Shown here: positions 37,574 through 47,778 of the stretch, in pieces | Position numbering within the stretch: position 1 is the stretch's first letter | How the letters are laid out: every line of letters starts with the position of its first letter | Origin: Longimicrobiales bacterium | Lineage (GTDB): Bacteria > Gemmatimonadota > Gemmatimonadetes > Longimicrobiales > Gaopeijiaceae | Assembly (NCBI GenBank): GCA_965204735.1 | Contig: OZ242008.1 | Location: forward strand, 2,528,001 to 2,592,000 | Direction of reading: 5' to 3' | DNA: 64,000 bases | Notes under the pieces: generated by a model | What the model was told of the DNA's origin: nothing | The model's database searches: none | Seen by the model: only the letters and a program-made list of their open reading frames with translations | Made by a program: the position numbers and the translations under genes

Positions 37574-39997
37574 TTGGCGGCACGCACGAGCAGCAGAACC
37601 CCACGTCAGGGTAGCGACGCACGCGGGCGGCCCTTGGGCTGGCTGGCTTGGTCTCCACGGCGGAGAGGGTCCAGCCGTCGGAGTCGCAAGGCCTTGGGCA
37701 GGGCCGGCTTCGCACGGGCGTCGTGGGGCGCGTCGCGCCCGTGGGTGGCCCTCGCGGGGCTGGCGATCGCCGTACCGGCTCTCGGCCAGCGGCCTCCTCC
37801 CGTCGCGGGCGAAGGCGACGCTTGCCTCGACGCTTATCCGGACCAGGTCGCCCACGGGTTGGTCGAGGGCGCAAAGGGGCGGCTCGGCTCGGCGCCCGGC
37901 TCCTGGACGGCCCGCCTGCACGGGCAGCGAAGGGCGGAGCTCGTAGCGGGCCGTCGCAGCCACGTCTTGCAGGACGTTCGCTGGGCCGCCCGGGTGCGGT
38001 GGTCCAGCAGGGCGTCGTCGGTCGTCCGGCTCGAGGGCCGGTGGGTCCGCCACCCCGCGCTGTCCGACGCCGACTCGGTCCTCGCCCGGCAAGTGGCAGA
38101 GCGTCCGCACGGGAATCCGTTCCGCTTCGGACTCCGGCAACTCGAGGCGCTGATGGCGCTGGATTCCGTCGAAACGGCCTCGGTGGTCACGCCGCTGGAC
38201 ACGGGGGCCGAGTGCTTCTACCGCTACCGCTCGGGCGACACGGCCTCGGTGACGCTTCCGGCGGGAGAGATCGTGCGGACGGTGGCCGTGACCGCCATGC
38301 CCCGCTTCCGCAGCATCCGCTTCCTGGCGTCCACGATGTGGATCGAGCCGGAGAGCCACGGAGTGGCCCGGGTTGCGTTCGCTCCGGCCAAGCAGATCGA
38401 CCGCGAAACGACCTTCCGCCTGTGGAGCGCGGACGGATGGACCCCGGGGATCGACGTCGACTTTCGGGAAGGGCCGGCAGACGTGGACTCGGTGGGCGGA
38501 ACGCGCCGGCCCAGTGGAAGCAGGACGGGAGCCCGCGGCCTGGGCCGGCTGCTGAACGCCGGACTGAACCGGGCCCTGCCCCTGATCGAGTACCCGATCT
38601 CGTCGGTCGTCGTGGACTACTCGCTCTGGCAGTCTCGGTGGTGGCTGCCTCGGTCCCTGACGTTGACGATGCATCAAGCCCTGGTCGAGGATCAGAGTTT
38701 TCTTCTGGACTGGGATCAAGCGCCGCCGGAGATGCACGTCCGCTTCTCCACCCAGACGGCGTTCGAGATCGAGGAGGTGAAGGAGGCGGACGCGATTCCG
38801 TCGACGCAGCTGGTCGCGCGATGGAAGGCGCCTACGGACAGCGTGCTCGCAGCGTCCGGAGACGAAGGGGCCGTCCTCGTCGTGCCCAGCGAGCTGGACG
38901 TCGCTTCGCCAGACGAGCTCTTCCTGCCCGTCTCGTGGAACCCCGCCCCCCACGCGCCCGGCGGGGCACTGGACCAACTGGCGTCCGAGCTGGCGCGGAT
39001 CGAGGTCGGCGGGGGCGACGGGGGCGACGACGCCGAAGCGAAGGCCGCGAACGAGCCGAGTCCATGGTTCTTCGAGCCCCCGCTGCTGACCCTTCGGCTG
39101 CTGTCCTACACTTCCGCGCGGGGAGTGGTGGTCGGGACGCGCCTCTGGCGACGCGCTTCGTGGGGACGTGCTTCTCTCTCGGCCAGCGCGGGCACTCGCC
39201 GAGCCGAGCCGAGCGTCTTCCTGTCCTTCGACGCCCGCTTCCCGACTTGGCGGCTTCAAGCGTCCGCGTACCACGACTACCGGTTGACGAGCGTTGCGGC
39301 GAGCGACGCCTCGACGGCCCCCGCCGCCGATCCGATCTGGTACGCCGCCGACGGGGTGCGCGTCCGGCTGTCGCCGGCCCGGCGCAACCGCCAGTCCACT
39401 TCGCTGAGCCTCTTCGCCGAACGCCACGACGAGTACGGTCCTGCCGCCGTGCGGGCAGGAGCCACGGCGGCGTGGAAGCCGTGGTGGGGCGGCTCGGGAG
39501 GCACTCGCTCCCGGCTCGTCCAGGGCGGCGCGGAGCTCTCCGCTCGGGGAACGCTCGAAGAGGACCCGTCGCTTCGGGCCGCCGCGACCGCCACCGCGCT
39601 CCTCTTTGCGAGCCGGCGCGCTTCCCTGGGCTTGGAAGCCGGCGCCGCCCGCACCTGGGGCGGCCCGCGCCGCACCGACCCATGGCTCTTGGGCGCCGCC
39701 GACGGGCGATGGTTCCGCGGACGGACGGCGCAGGGCTTCGCCGGACGGACGGCGGTGCGCGGTCGCGCCGACCTCCAGCTCCGGGTTCGCTTTGCGCGGC
39801 TGTCGGTCTTTGTCGACTGGCTCCGCGCCTGGCGCGAACAGCCCCCTGGCGACGGGACGTCCTTCCTCTCGGCGGGCGCGGGCGTCTTCCTGCCCGGCGG
39901 CCTTCGGATCGACCTGGCTCGGGAGTTCCCCGCGGCCGGCGATGCACCGGTGGACGCCAAGTGGCGCCCCTACGTCAGCATCGACACGGCGTTCTGA
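37574..39997 (+). CDS. Large hypothetical secreted/outer-membrane protein
   Basis: Long ORF with a signal-like segment (WVALAGLAIAVPALG), amphipathic beta-strand C-terminal half and terminal YVSIDTAF; start uncertain. Confidence 0.65.
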   Translation: MAARTSSRTPRQGSDARGRPLGWLAWSPRRRGSSRRSRKALGRAGFARASWGASRPWVALAGLAIAVPALGQRPPPVAGEGDACLDAYPDQVAHGLVEGAKGRLGSAPGSWTARLHGQRRAELVAGRRSHVLQDVRWAARVRWSSRASSVVRLEGRWVRHPALSDADSVLARQVAERPHGNPFRFGLRQLEALMALDSVETASVVTPLDTGAECFYRYRSGDTASVTLPAGEIVRTVAVTAMPRFRSIRFLASTMWIEPESHGVARVAFAPAKQIDRETTFRLWSADGWTPGIDVDFREGPADVDSVGGTRRPSGSRTGARGLGRLLNAGLNRALPLIEYPISSVVVDYSLWQSRWWLPRSLTLTMHQALVEDQSFLLDWDQAPPEMHVRFSTQTAFEIEEVKEADAIPSTQLVARWKAPTDSVLAASGDEGAVLVVPSELDVASPDELFLPVSWNPAPHAPGGALDQLASELARIEVGGGDGGDDAEAKAANEPSPWFFEPPLLTLRLLSYTSARGVVVGTRLWRRASWGRASLSASAGTRRAEPSVFLSFDARFPTWRLQASAYHDYRLTSVAASDASTAPAADPIWYAADGVRVRLSPARRNRQSTSLSLFAERHDEYGPAAVRAGATAAWKPWWGGSGGTRSRLVQGGAELSARGTLEEDPSLRAAATATALLFASRRASLGLEAGAARTWGGPRRTDPWLLGAADGRWFRGRTAQGFAGRTAVRGRADLQLRVRFARLSVFVDWLRAWREQPPGDGTSFLSAGAGVFLPGGLRIDLAREFPAAGDAPVDAKWRPYVSIDTAF

Positions 39998-40094
39998 CGC
40001 GGGAAGCGCAAGCTCATCGGCTTCGGGTACTCCCGGTCCAGGCGCGCCGGCGAGCTTCGGCACGCCTTGCTCACGGGACGCGCGGGGGTTCTCC

Positions 40095-40137
40095 GGGCCA
40101 GCCCGGAGGAGACGATGGGCCAGCCCGGAGGAGACGA
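40095..40137. repeat. Perfect 21-bp tandem duplication
   Basis: GGGCCAGCCCGGAGGAGACGA at 40095-40115 and 40117-40137. Confidence 0.9.
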
Positions 40138-40289
40138 AAAAAAATCTGTCCCATCCAGCCATGGAAATGGCGCATCCTCGGTGAGACACTGAGGACCAGG
40201 GCCGGAGACCGTCCCGGCCAGCTTCGGGGGAACTCCGTCCGCGACGCCTCCGAAGCGCCTCTCGTCTCGGACGCAACGGAGCCGCCGCC

Positions 40290-41339
40290 ATGGACCCCTC
40301 CACCAACGAACCGCCCACTCTCACCAAGCCGGAACGCCGCCGCCACGACCAGAGCTACAAGCGCCTCTTCAACACGACGGGCGGCGGCGTGGCCCTCGTC
40401 CGCGATCTCGCGGCCATGGGCTGGGCCGACGAGTTCGACCTGCCGGCCGCCGACCCCTTCCCCACCGAGACCGTGGGCCCCGACCTGCAGCACCGGCTCT
40501 GCGACTGCGCGTGGCGCGTCCGGTTCAAGGACGGTCGATCGGCGGTCCTCCTCTTCGAGTTCCAGTCCTCGGTCGATCCGGGCATGGTCCTCAGGACGCT
40601 ACGCTACACCGAGGCCGCCTACACGGTGCTGCACACGCTCGAGCGCCAGCGCGACCCCGACGGCGCCATGCCCCTCGTGCTCTCGTTCGTCGTCTACACC
40701 GGCACGAGGCCATGGACGGCCGAGACGACGCTGGCCGGGCTGGCCGGCAGGGAGGAGCCGTCGCCGGTCGTGGCACGGGCGGTCGCTGGCTTGGCGACCA
40801 CTCACGGCTACGGGCTGCTTGACTTGCGGTCGGCGCTGGCGCAAGGGTTGCTTCCCAAGGAGAGCGTGCTGGGCTGGGTCGCGGCGCTGGAGGAGGACCC
40901 GTGGACGAACTTTCCGGCGGTGCACCAGAGCATGGCGGAGCAGTGGGCCGGCCCGGACTATCTTGCAGAGCGGCAGGCGTTCGCGGACTGGACGGACGAG
41001 CGGCTGCGTGTGGTGGGGGTGCCGGAGGAGGCACGTCAGGACATCGTGGAGCAGATCATCCAACCGAAGGAGGAGGAAGAGATGGGCCAGACCTATGCGG
41101 AGTGGGCGGAGGGCCACCGGCAGCGGGGACTCGAGCAGGGGCGCGCGGAAGGTCGAGCGATCATGCTGCTGCGTCTGGCTTCGCGGCGGTTCGGGGCCCG
41201 GACGGCGCGACGGCTGGAGGAGCGGGTGCGCTCCATGAGCGCCGAGCAGCTGGCGCGGGTCGGGGACGCGGTCGTGGAGTGCGACACTGCCGAGGACTTC
41301 TTGGCCGTGGCCGGCGACGGCAACGCGGAGGGGCGGTAG
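40290..41339 (+). CDS. Rpn/YhgA-like recombination-promoting nuclease (PD-(D/E)xK) with DUF4351-like C-terminus
   Basis: HDQSYKRLF, CDCAW...LFEFQS, MVLRTLRY, VVYTG..PW, GLEQGRAEGR..LLRL..RRFG. Confidence 0.85.
   Translation: MDPSTNEPPTLTKPERRRHDQSYKRLFNTTGGGVALVRDLAAMGWADEFDLPAADPFPTETVGPDLQHRLCDCAWRVRFKDGRSAVLLFEFQSSVDPGMVLRTLRYTEAAYTVLHTLERQRDPDGAMPLVLSFVVYTGTRPWTAETTLAGLAGREEPSPVVARAVAGLATTHGYGLLDLRSALAQGLLPKESVLGWVAALEEDPWTNFPAVHQSMAEQWAGPDYLAERQAFADWTDERLRVVGVPEEARQDIVEQIIQPKEEEEMGQTYAEWAEGHRQRGLEQGRAEGRAIMLLRLASRRFGARTARRLEERVRSMSAEQLARVGDAVVECDTAEDFLAVAGDGNAEGR
41082..41339 (+). CDS. Probable internal in-frame small protein (RpnS-type antitoxin)
   Basis: AAGGAGGAGG SD (41067-41076) upstream of the in-frame ATG at 41082 (MGQTYAEW). 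Confidence 0.6.
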   Translation: MGQTYAEWAEGHRQRGLEQGRAEGRAIMLLRLASRRFGARTARRLEERVRSMSAEQLARVGDAVVECDTAEDFLAVAGDGNAEGR

Positions 41340-41495
41340 CGGACGGCGGCGACGCCAAGCCGTCGCTTCCCGAGCACTGGCCAATGACGACAGGGGCTGC
41401 ACCGATGGGCAGAACCCAACGCTCGCCCAGCCCGGTGGTGGGCCAGTGGCAGCTGGGGGCGTCCCAAGCTCGCCGGCGTCGCGTGCAACCTCTTC

Positions 41496-43106
41496 CTACT
41501 CCCATTCGATCGTCGCCGGCGGCTTGGAGCTGATGTCGTAGGCCACCCGGCCGACGCCCTTCACTTCGTTGATCAGGCGGGTGGAGACGCGGGCCAGGAA
41601 CGCAGGATCGAAGGGGTACCAGTCGGCGGTCATGCCGTCGCGGGAAGTCACGGCCCGCAGCGCGACCACGTTCTCGTAGGTTCGAGCGTCTCCCATCACC
41701 CCCACCGACTGCACGGGCAGGAGGACCGCGAACGCCTGCCATATCTCGTCGTAGAGGCCGGCGGCGCGTATCTCCTCCAGGTACACCTCGTCGGCGTGGC
41801 GCAGGACGCGCAGGCGGTCCTCGGTCACCGCGCCCAGGACCCGAATCGCCAGCCCGGGGCCGGGAAACGGATGACGTGCGATGAAGTTTTCGTGGAGCCC
41901 CAGGGCTCGGCCGACCTCGCGCACCTCGTCCTTGAAGAGTTCGCGGAGAGGCTCGATCAGGTCGAACGAAAACTCTTCGGGCAAACCGCCTACGTTGTGA
42001 TGCGTCTTGATCGTGGCCGACGGTCCGCGGACGGGCAGGGACTCGATCACGTCCGGATACAGCGTCCCCTGCACCAGTAAACGGGCGTTTCCGGCAGAGT
42101 CGCGGGCGACCCGCTCGAAGACGCGGATGAAGGTCTCGCCGACGATCTTCCTCTTCCGCTCCGGTTCTTCCGTCCCCGCAAGGGCCGCGAGGAACTCGGC
42201 GGAGGCGTCCACCGCCGTCAGGCGGATGCCCATGTGGTCGCGAAACATCCGTTCCACATCCCGGCGCTCGTTGCGGCGCATCATCCCCGTGTCCACGAAG
42301 ACGCACAGCAGCTGGTCGCCCACGGCCGTGTGGACCAGCGCCGCGGCCACCGACGAGTCCACGCCGCCGGAGAGACCGCAGAGGACTTGCTGGTCGCCGA
42401 CTTGCTCCCTGATCCGCTCCACCGCCTCCGCGACGAAGGCGCCCGACGTCCAGCTCGGGACGCACCGGCAGATGCGAAAGAGGAAGTTGGCGACGATCTC
42501 GCCGCCCCGGGGCGTGTGGGCGACCTCCGGATGGAACTGCACGCCGTGAAGGGGCCGGTCCACGGCGCGGAAGGCCGCCACCGGCAAGTCGGCCGTGGAC
42601 GCGGTGGCGACGAACCCCGGTGGGAGTTGGTCCACGTGGTCGCCGTGGGAGCACCACACCACGACGGCTTCCCCGTCGCCGCGGCCGTCGGCGCCGGCTT
42701 CGGACCCAGGCTCGCCCAGCAGGTCCTGCGCGCGCTCGTCGCCCGCCCCGAAGCCCGCGAAGAGCCCGTCCGCCTCGTGGACCCGGAGGTCGGCGCGGCC
42801 GTACTCGCGCCTGCCCGGCGCCACGGCGCCGCCCTCGGCCCGTGCGATCAGCTGCATTCCGTAGCAGATGCCCAGCACGGGGACGCCGAGCGCCAGCAGG
42901 GCCGGGTCCAGTCCCGGGCCCTCCTGCTCGTAGACCGACGACGGACCCCCCGACAGGACGATTCCCTTGGGCTCCCAGCGGCGCACCCAGTCGGCGGAGC
43001 GGGTGGGCGGGTGGATTTCGCAGTAGACGCGGGCTTCGCGGATGCGGCGGGCGATCAGCTGGGTGAACTGGGAGCCGTAGTCCAGGACGAGGACGCGGTC
43101 AGGCAT
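41496..43106 (-). CDS. guaA: GMP synthase (glutamine-hydrolysing)
   Basis: [49 protein letters not shown]. Confidence 0.97.
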   Translation of the reverse strand: MPDRVLVLDYGSQFTQLIARRIREARVYCEIHPPTRSADWVRRWEPKGIVLSGGPSSVYEQEGPGLDPALLALGVPVLGICYGMQLIARAEGGAVAPGRREYGRADLRVHEADGLFAGFGAGDERAQDLLGEPGSEAGADGRGDGEAVVVWCSHGDHVDQLPPGFVATASTADLPVAAFRAVDRPLHGVQFHPEVAHTPRGGEIVANFLFRICRCVPSWTSGAFVAEAVERIREQVGDQQVLCGLSGGVDSSVAAALVHTAVGDQLLCVFVDTGMMRRNERRDVERMFRDHMGIRLTAVDASAEFLAALAGTEEPERKRKIVGETFIRVFERVARDSAGNARLLVQGTLYPDVIESLPVRGPSATIKTHHNVGGLPEEFSFDLIEPLRELFKDEVREVGRALGLHENFIARHPFPGPGLAIRVLGAVTEDRLRVLRHADEVYLEEIRAAGLYDEIWQAFAVLLPVQSVGVMGDARTYENVVALRAVTSRDGMTADWYPFDPAFLARVSTRLINEVKGVGRVAYDISSKPPATIEWE

Positions 43107-44487
43107 GGGCCGCTTCGCCTCGCGCAAGGTCCTCCGGGGAACGGCGCGCTCGCCGGAGCACGTCGGGCCACGGTTGGGCCGGCTCGGACGCTTCGCCCCG
43201 CACAAGGTCCTCCCAGCGCTCGCGACGGCGGACCACCCGGGCCTCGCCGTCGAGGACGAGCACCTCTGCCGGGCGGCGGCGGGAGTTGTAGTTCGAGGCC
43301 ATGGCAAATCCGTAGGCGCCCGCTTGCTGCACGCACAGCAGCGCTCCCGGCGACGGCAGCGGCAGTCGGCAGTCCCGAGCCAGAAAGTCGCCCTGCTCGC
43401 ACACCGGCCCCACCACGTCGACCCGCTCCACGGCCCCGTGCCCGTCGTCGCGGACCGGCGAAACGGCGTGGACGCCCCCGTAGTGGCTCGGGCGGATGAG
43501 CTCGGTCATTCCGGCGTCGGTCACGACGAACGTCTTGCCTCCGGCGCGCTTGACGTAGAGCGCCCTGGTCACCAGGACGCCTGCGTCGCCCACGAGGAAG
43601 CGGCCGGGCTCAAGCACGAGCTCCAGGTCGCGCGCCCTCAGCCGCATCGCCACGTCTCGCCCCAGGGTGGCCACGTCGAGCTCCCCGGCTTCGCCGTCGG
43701 CGATCCCGAAGCCGCCGCCCAGGTCCACGTAGCGGAGCCGCAGCCCGATGTCGCGCCGTACCCGGTCCACCACGTCCAGCACGACGTCGAGCGCGCGCAG
43801 GAAGGGCGCGGGGTCCCTGATCTGCGAGCCCAGGTGCACGGCGACGCCGACGGGGCGCAGGAAGGGGCTGGCGCCCGCCCGCCGGAAGAGCCCGACGGCC
43901 TGTTGCGGAGGCACGCCGAACTTGGCGGCGGCGTGGCCGGTGCGGGTGTAGTCGTGGGTCGGGCTGGAGACGTCAGGGTTGACGCGAACCCCCATGGGAG
44001 CCGCGACGGCCGGGTCCGGACCAAGAGGCGCGCCGGGGACGGCCGGTCCCGCACCGTCGTCCGAAGCGCTGCCCAAGCCCTTCGCCACCTCGGCAAGAGC
44101 CTGCATCTCCTGCTCGCTCTCGACGTGGAACGACTTGATGCCCGCCTCGATCCCCATCCGCATCTCCTCGCGGGTCTTCCCCACGCCGGCGAAGACGATC
44201 CGCGCGGACCGCACACCTGCTTGCAGGCTCCGGTAGAGCTCGCCGCCGCTGACGATGTCGGCGCCGGCCCCCGCGCCCGCCATCGCGCGCAGGAGCGCCA
44301 AGTTGGGGTTGGCCTTGACCGAGTAGGCGACCAGGGGCTCCAACGGCGCGAAGGCGGCGCGAAGGGTCGCGAGCCGCGCCAGAGCCCGTCCGCCGTCGTA
44401 GACGAAGAGGGGCGTGCCGTGCTCGTCGGCCAGCTCCTCGAGGCAGCGGCCGCCGCATCGAAGGGTCCCGCCGACCTTGGTCAGCAC
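43099..44487 (-). CDS. lysA: Diaminopimelate decarboxylase
   Basis: [47 protein letters not shown]; start approximate. Confidence 0.92.
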   Translation of the reverse strand: MLTKVGGTLRCGGRCLEELADEHGTPLFVYDGGRALARLATLRAAFAPLEPLVAYSVKANPNLALLRAMAGAGAGADIVSGGELYRSLQAGVRSARIVFAGVGKTREEMRMGIEAGIKSFHVESEQEMQALAEVAKGLGSASDDGAGPAVPGAPLGPDPAVAAPMGVRVNPDVSSPTHDYTRTGHAAAKFGVPPQQAVGLFRRAGASPFLRPVGVAVHLGSQIRDPAPFLRALDVVLDVVDRVRRDIGLRLRYVDLGGGFGIADGEAGELDVATLGRDVAMRLRARDLELVLEPGRFLVGDAGVLVTRALYVKRAGGKTFVVTDAGMTELIRPSHYGGVHAVSPVRDDGHGAVERVDVVGPVCEQGDFLARDCRLPLPSPGALLCVQQAGAYGFAMASNYNSRRRPAEVLVLDGEARVVRRRERWEDLVRGEASEPAQPWPDVLRRARRSPEDLARGEAAHA

Positions 44488-44521
44488 GCCCGTGCTCGCA
44501 TCTTGTCCGTGCGGGGGCCGT

Positions 44522-45985
44522 CTAGTAGGCCCGGGCCCACACCACTTCCATGCGGGCCTTGCCGCCGCCCAGGCACCGGGTCGGGGGCGTCTCGGACCGA
44601 AACTCCAGGTCCGGCACAACCCGGATCGTGGCCTTCGCCACCTCCTTGGCTCGGGCCTCCGCCGCCGGGTCCCCGCTCCACCCCGAGTACACGAAGCCGG
44701 CGCCGCCGTCGATCAGCTCGGCGAGTTCCTCCGCCGACCCGACCTCCTGCCGCACGGAGCCCGCCTCCCGGCGGGCAAGCGCATCGGCCCGCAGACGCTC
44801 CTGCATCTCGTCCAGGCGAGCGCCCATCCCGGCCACCGCGTCCGCCTCCGCCACCGGCTCCTTGCGGGGCGCGCCGGGGGCCGCGACGCGGGGAACCACC
44901 ACGACCTGGCCCCGCTCCATGTCCCGGGGACCGATCTCGACCCGCACCGGCGCCCCCTTCCGCTCCCACTCGAAGAACTTGGCCCCCGGCGAGAGGTGCC
45001 GGCGGCCGTCCACCGAGGCCCGCACCCCGAACTCCTCCAGCTCCCCGGCAATCCGGCGCGCCCGCTCCGTCGTCGTGGCGGCCTCCTCGTCGCCGCGCGC
45101 GATCGGCACGACCACCACCTGGGTCGGCGCCAGCTTCGGCGGGACGACCACGCCGGCGTCGTCTCCGTGCGTCATGACCAGTCCCCCCACCAGCCGGGTC
45201 GACGCGCCCCACGACGTGTTCCACGCGTGCTCCTCCCGGCCCTCCTCGCTCTGGAAGGTCAGGCCGAACTGCTTGGCGAAGTTCTGCCCCAGCATGTGGG
45301 AAGTCGCGGCCTGGAGCGCCTTGCCGTCCTGCATCAGGGCCTCGCAGGCGTAGCTGCGGACGGCGCCTGCGAACCGCTCGGCGTCAGTCTTGAGCCCCGT
45401 GACCGGAGGCATCGCCATCCACTCTTCCATGAACCGGCGGTAGAGTCCCAGGATCAGCAGGGACTCGGCCTCGGCCTCTTCGCCGGTGGCGTGGGCGGTG
45501 TGGCCTTCCTGCCAGAGGAATTCGGCGGTCCGAAGGAAGAGGCGGGTGCGCAGCTCCCAGCGCATCACGTTGCCCCACTGGTTGAGGAGCAGGGGCAAGT
45601 CCCGGTAGCTCTGGACCCACTTGGCGTACATGGCGTAGATGATCGTCTCGGAGGTCGGCCGGACGACGTAGGGCTCCTCGAGCTCCTTCCCCCCAGCGTG
45701 GGTGACCACCGCCAGCTCGGGCTTGAAGCCCTCCACGTGCTCCTTCTCGCGCTCGATGAAGCTCATGGGGATGAGCAGCGGGAAGTAGGCGTTGGCGTGG
45801 CCCGTTGCCTTGAACATGTCGTCCAGCGCCCGCTGCATCTTCTCCCAGATGCCGTAGCCCCACGGCCGGATGACCATGCTGCCGCGCACCGGGGAGTAGT
45901 CGGCCAGCTCCGCCTGCTGCACCGCTTCGTTGTACCACGCGCTGAAGTCGTCGGCCCTCGGGGTCAGTCCCTTCTTCTTCGCCAT
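44522..45985 (-). CDS. proS: Proline--tRNA ligase (archaeal/eukaryote-type)
   Basis: RPTSET, RWELRTRLFLRTAEFLWQEGHT, SHMLGQNFAK, C-terminal ARAY. Confidence 0.96.
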   Translation of the reverse strand: MAKKKGLTPRADDFSAWYNEAVQQAELADYSPVRGSMVIRPWGYGIWEKMQRALDDMFKATGHANAYFPLLIPMSFIEREKEHVEGFKPELAVVTHAGGKELEEPYVVRPTSETIIYAMYAKWVQSYRDLPLLLNQWGNVMRWELRTRLFLRTAEFLWQEGHTAHATGEEAEAESLLILGLYRRFMEEWMAMPPVTGLKTDAERFAGAVRSYACEALMQDGKALQAATSHMLGQNFAKQFGLTFQSEEGREEHAWNTSWGASTRLVGGLVMTHGDDAGVVVPPKLAPTQVVVVPIARGDEEAATTTERARRIAGELEEFGVRASVDGRRHLSPGAKFFEWERKGAPVRVEIGPRDMERGQVVVVPRVAAPGAPRKEPVAEADAVAGMGARLDEMQERLRADALARREAGSVRQEVGSAEELAELIDGGAGFVYSGWSGDPAAEARAKEVAKATIRVVPDLEFRSETPPTRCLGGGKARMEVVWARAY

Positions 45986-46012
45986 CCGTCGTCTACTCGG
46001 GTGCGGGTTTCT

Positions 46013-46438
46013 TCATGGGGACGCCTTGTTGCGGCTCGGCGCTTCGCCCGGCCCGGACGGCACGGGCGTTCCGAGTCTTCGCGCGCTTGTGGTGTTCCGC
46101 GCGCTTCGGACCCAGGCTGCGGCTCCGGGCGCCACGAAGAAGATTAGCGACGCCGCCGCCCACGCGGGACGGAACGGCCATCCGAAGGCGTTCGCGGCCA
46201 GGAACGCCGCCAGCGCGCCTCCCGCCAGGGCGGCCACCGCCGCGCCGGCCAGGATCAAGGTCTCCATCATCCCCAGGCGGCGGATCGCCCGATCGGTCAC
46301 CCGGCGGAGAGCCTCGGGGTCCGGCAGGTCGCGGGCGTCTTTGCGGTCGCGGTCGCCGTGACGGCCTCGGGCGGCAGGCGGCGGCGCGCCTCGGCCGGCG
46401 TCTCGACCTCCCTCGGCGCCGGCTCCGCGGGCACTCAT
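46013..46438 (-). CDS. Hypothetical membrane protein
   Basis: ATGA overlap with the hisS stop; two transmembrane segments. Confidence 0.6.
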   Translation of the reverse strand: MSARGAGAEGGRDAGRGAPPPAARGRHGDRDRKDARDLPDPEALRRVTDRAIRRLGMMETLILAGAAVAALAGGALAAFLAANAFGWPFRPAWAAASLIFFVAPGAAAWVRSARNTTSARRLGTPVPSGPGEAPSRNKASP

Positions 46439-47763
46439 CCCCGGTCGCAAGACCGACGCTTGCCCGGCCCACCGGCTTCCGCCGCCAGCGCGTCCAGAGA
46501 CCGGGTCTCTTGGCGTCCGGTGTCCATCTGCCGGACGGCAACCGAGCCCGACGCCGCCTCCTCCGGGCCGACGATGATCGCCCGCGCCGCGCCGGCCCGT
46601 CCGGCGGCCTTCAGCTGCTTGCCCACCGGTTGCGAGCGCAGCGAGTAGAGGACCGAGAACCCCGCTTCGCGCAGGCGGCGCGCGGCTCCCAGCGCCGAAG
46701 CTCGCTGCTCGTCGCCGACCCACGCCACGTAGTAGTCGCACCCCGGCTCGGCGTCGGGCAGCAGGTCCCGCTCCCGCAGGAGTTCCCCCAGCACCACGTC
46801 GCCCATCCCGAAGCCCACCGCCGGAAGGGGCTCCCCGCCCACGAGCTCCAAGAGCCGGTCGTAGCGTCCGCCGCCGCAAACTGCTCGGAAGTCGCCCGCC
46901 CGGTCGAAGAGCTCGAAGACGATCCCGGTGTAGTAGGCCAGTCCCCTCACCACAGCGAAGTCGAAGCGCACGTACTCTCCCAGGCCCATCGCCGCCAGGA
47001 TCGACCGGTACTCCTCCAGGGGCGCCATCGCTCGCACGACCTCCGGGCGGTGGGTGAACCGGCGCCGCAGCCCGTCCCAGCTTCCGTCGGCGGTCACGTC
47101 CAGCAGCCCCGCGACGGCGGCCGGAGCCAGCCCCAGTCCCTCCAGCCGTTCCCGCGTGCGGTCCCGGCCCGCCCGCTCGGCCTTGTCCACGGCGGCCAGC
47201 ACGCCTGCCCGCGCCTCCCGGGGCGTGTCCAGGGCGTCGAGCACGGCGTCCACCAAGCGGCGGTCGTTGACCCGGGCCACGAAGTCGCGGTCCGTCGGCC
47301 CCAGTGCCCTCACGGCGTCGATCGCCACGGCCAGGACCTCGGCGTCGGCGGCCGTCCCCGGCTCGCCCAGTATGTCCACGTTGAGCTGGAAGTGCTCGCG
47401 GAGCCGTCCGCGCTGGCTGCGCTCGTAGCGGAAGAGCTGGGGGATCGAGAACCAGCGGATCGGCTTGGGCATCCCCCTGCTCCGCTCGGCCAGGATCCGC
47501 GCCAACGTCGGCGTCATCTCAGGCCGAAGCGCGACCCGGCGTCCCCCCTTGTCCTCGAACTCGTAGAGCTGCTCGACGATCTCGGGGCCGCTCTTCTCCA
47601 CGTACAGCCCGAGCGGCTCCAGAGGCGGTCCGTCGTACTCCTCGAAGCCGTAGCGCGCGGCCACTCGCCGCCACGCAGCGAAGATGCGGCGGCGCGCAAC
47701 CATCTCCACGGGCGGAAAGTCGCGGAAGCCGGGGAGCCGGGAGAACGTCTTCGTGGCGGGCAT
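46435..47763 (-). CDS. hisS: Histidine--tRNA ligase
   Basis: LRPEMTP, FRYERSQRGRLREHFQ, RGLAYYTG, GGGRYD. Confidence 0.96.
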   Translation of the reverse strand: MPATKTFSRLPGFRDFPPVEMVARRRIFAAWRRVAARYGFEEYDGPPLEPLGLYVEKSGPEIVEQLYEFEDKGGRRVALRPEMTPTLARILAERSRGMPKPIRWFSIPQLFRYERSQRGRLREHFQLNVDILGEPGTAADAEVLAVAIDAVRALGPTDRDFVARVNDRRLVDAVLDALDTPREARAGVLAAVDKAERAGRDRTRERLEGLGLAPAAVAGLLDVTADGSWDGLRRRFTHRPEVVRAMAPLEEYRSILAAMGLGEYVRFDFAVVRGLAYYTGIVFELFDRAGDFRAVCGGGRYDRLLELVGGEPLPAVGFGMGDVVLGELLRERDLLPDAEPGCDYYVAWVGDEQRASALGAARRLREAGFSVLYSLRSQPVGKQLKAAGRAGAARAIIVGPEEAASGSVAVRQMDTGRQETRSLDALAAEAGGPGKRRSCDRG

Positions 47764-47769
47764 CAGTGG

Positions 47770-47778
47770 AATCTAGCA
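47770..47778 (-). promoter_or_regulatory. Extended -10 element directly upstream of hisS (possible leaderless mRNA)
   Basis: Minus strand reads TGCTAGATT-CCACTG-ATG; no SD. Confidence 0.5.

Noticed and set aside
41374..41448. Inverted repeat CACTGGCC...GGCCAGTG between rpn and guaA as a terminator or MITE
   Set aside because: Only 8 bp with a long loop, no U-tract and no TSD.
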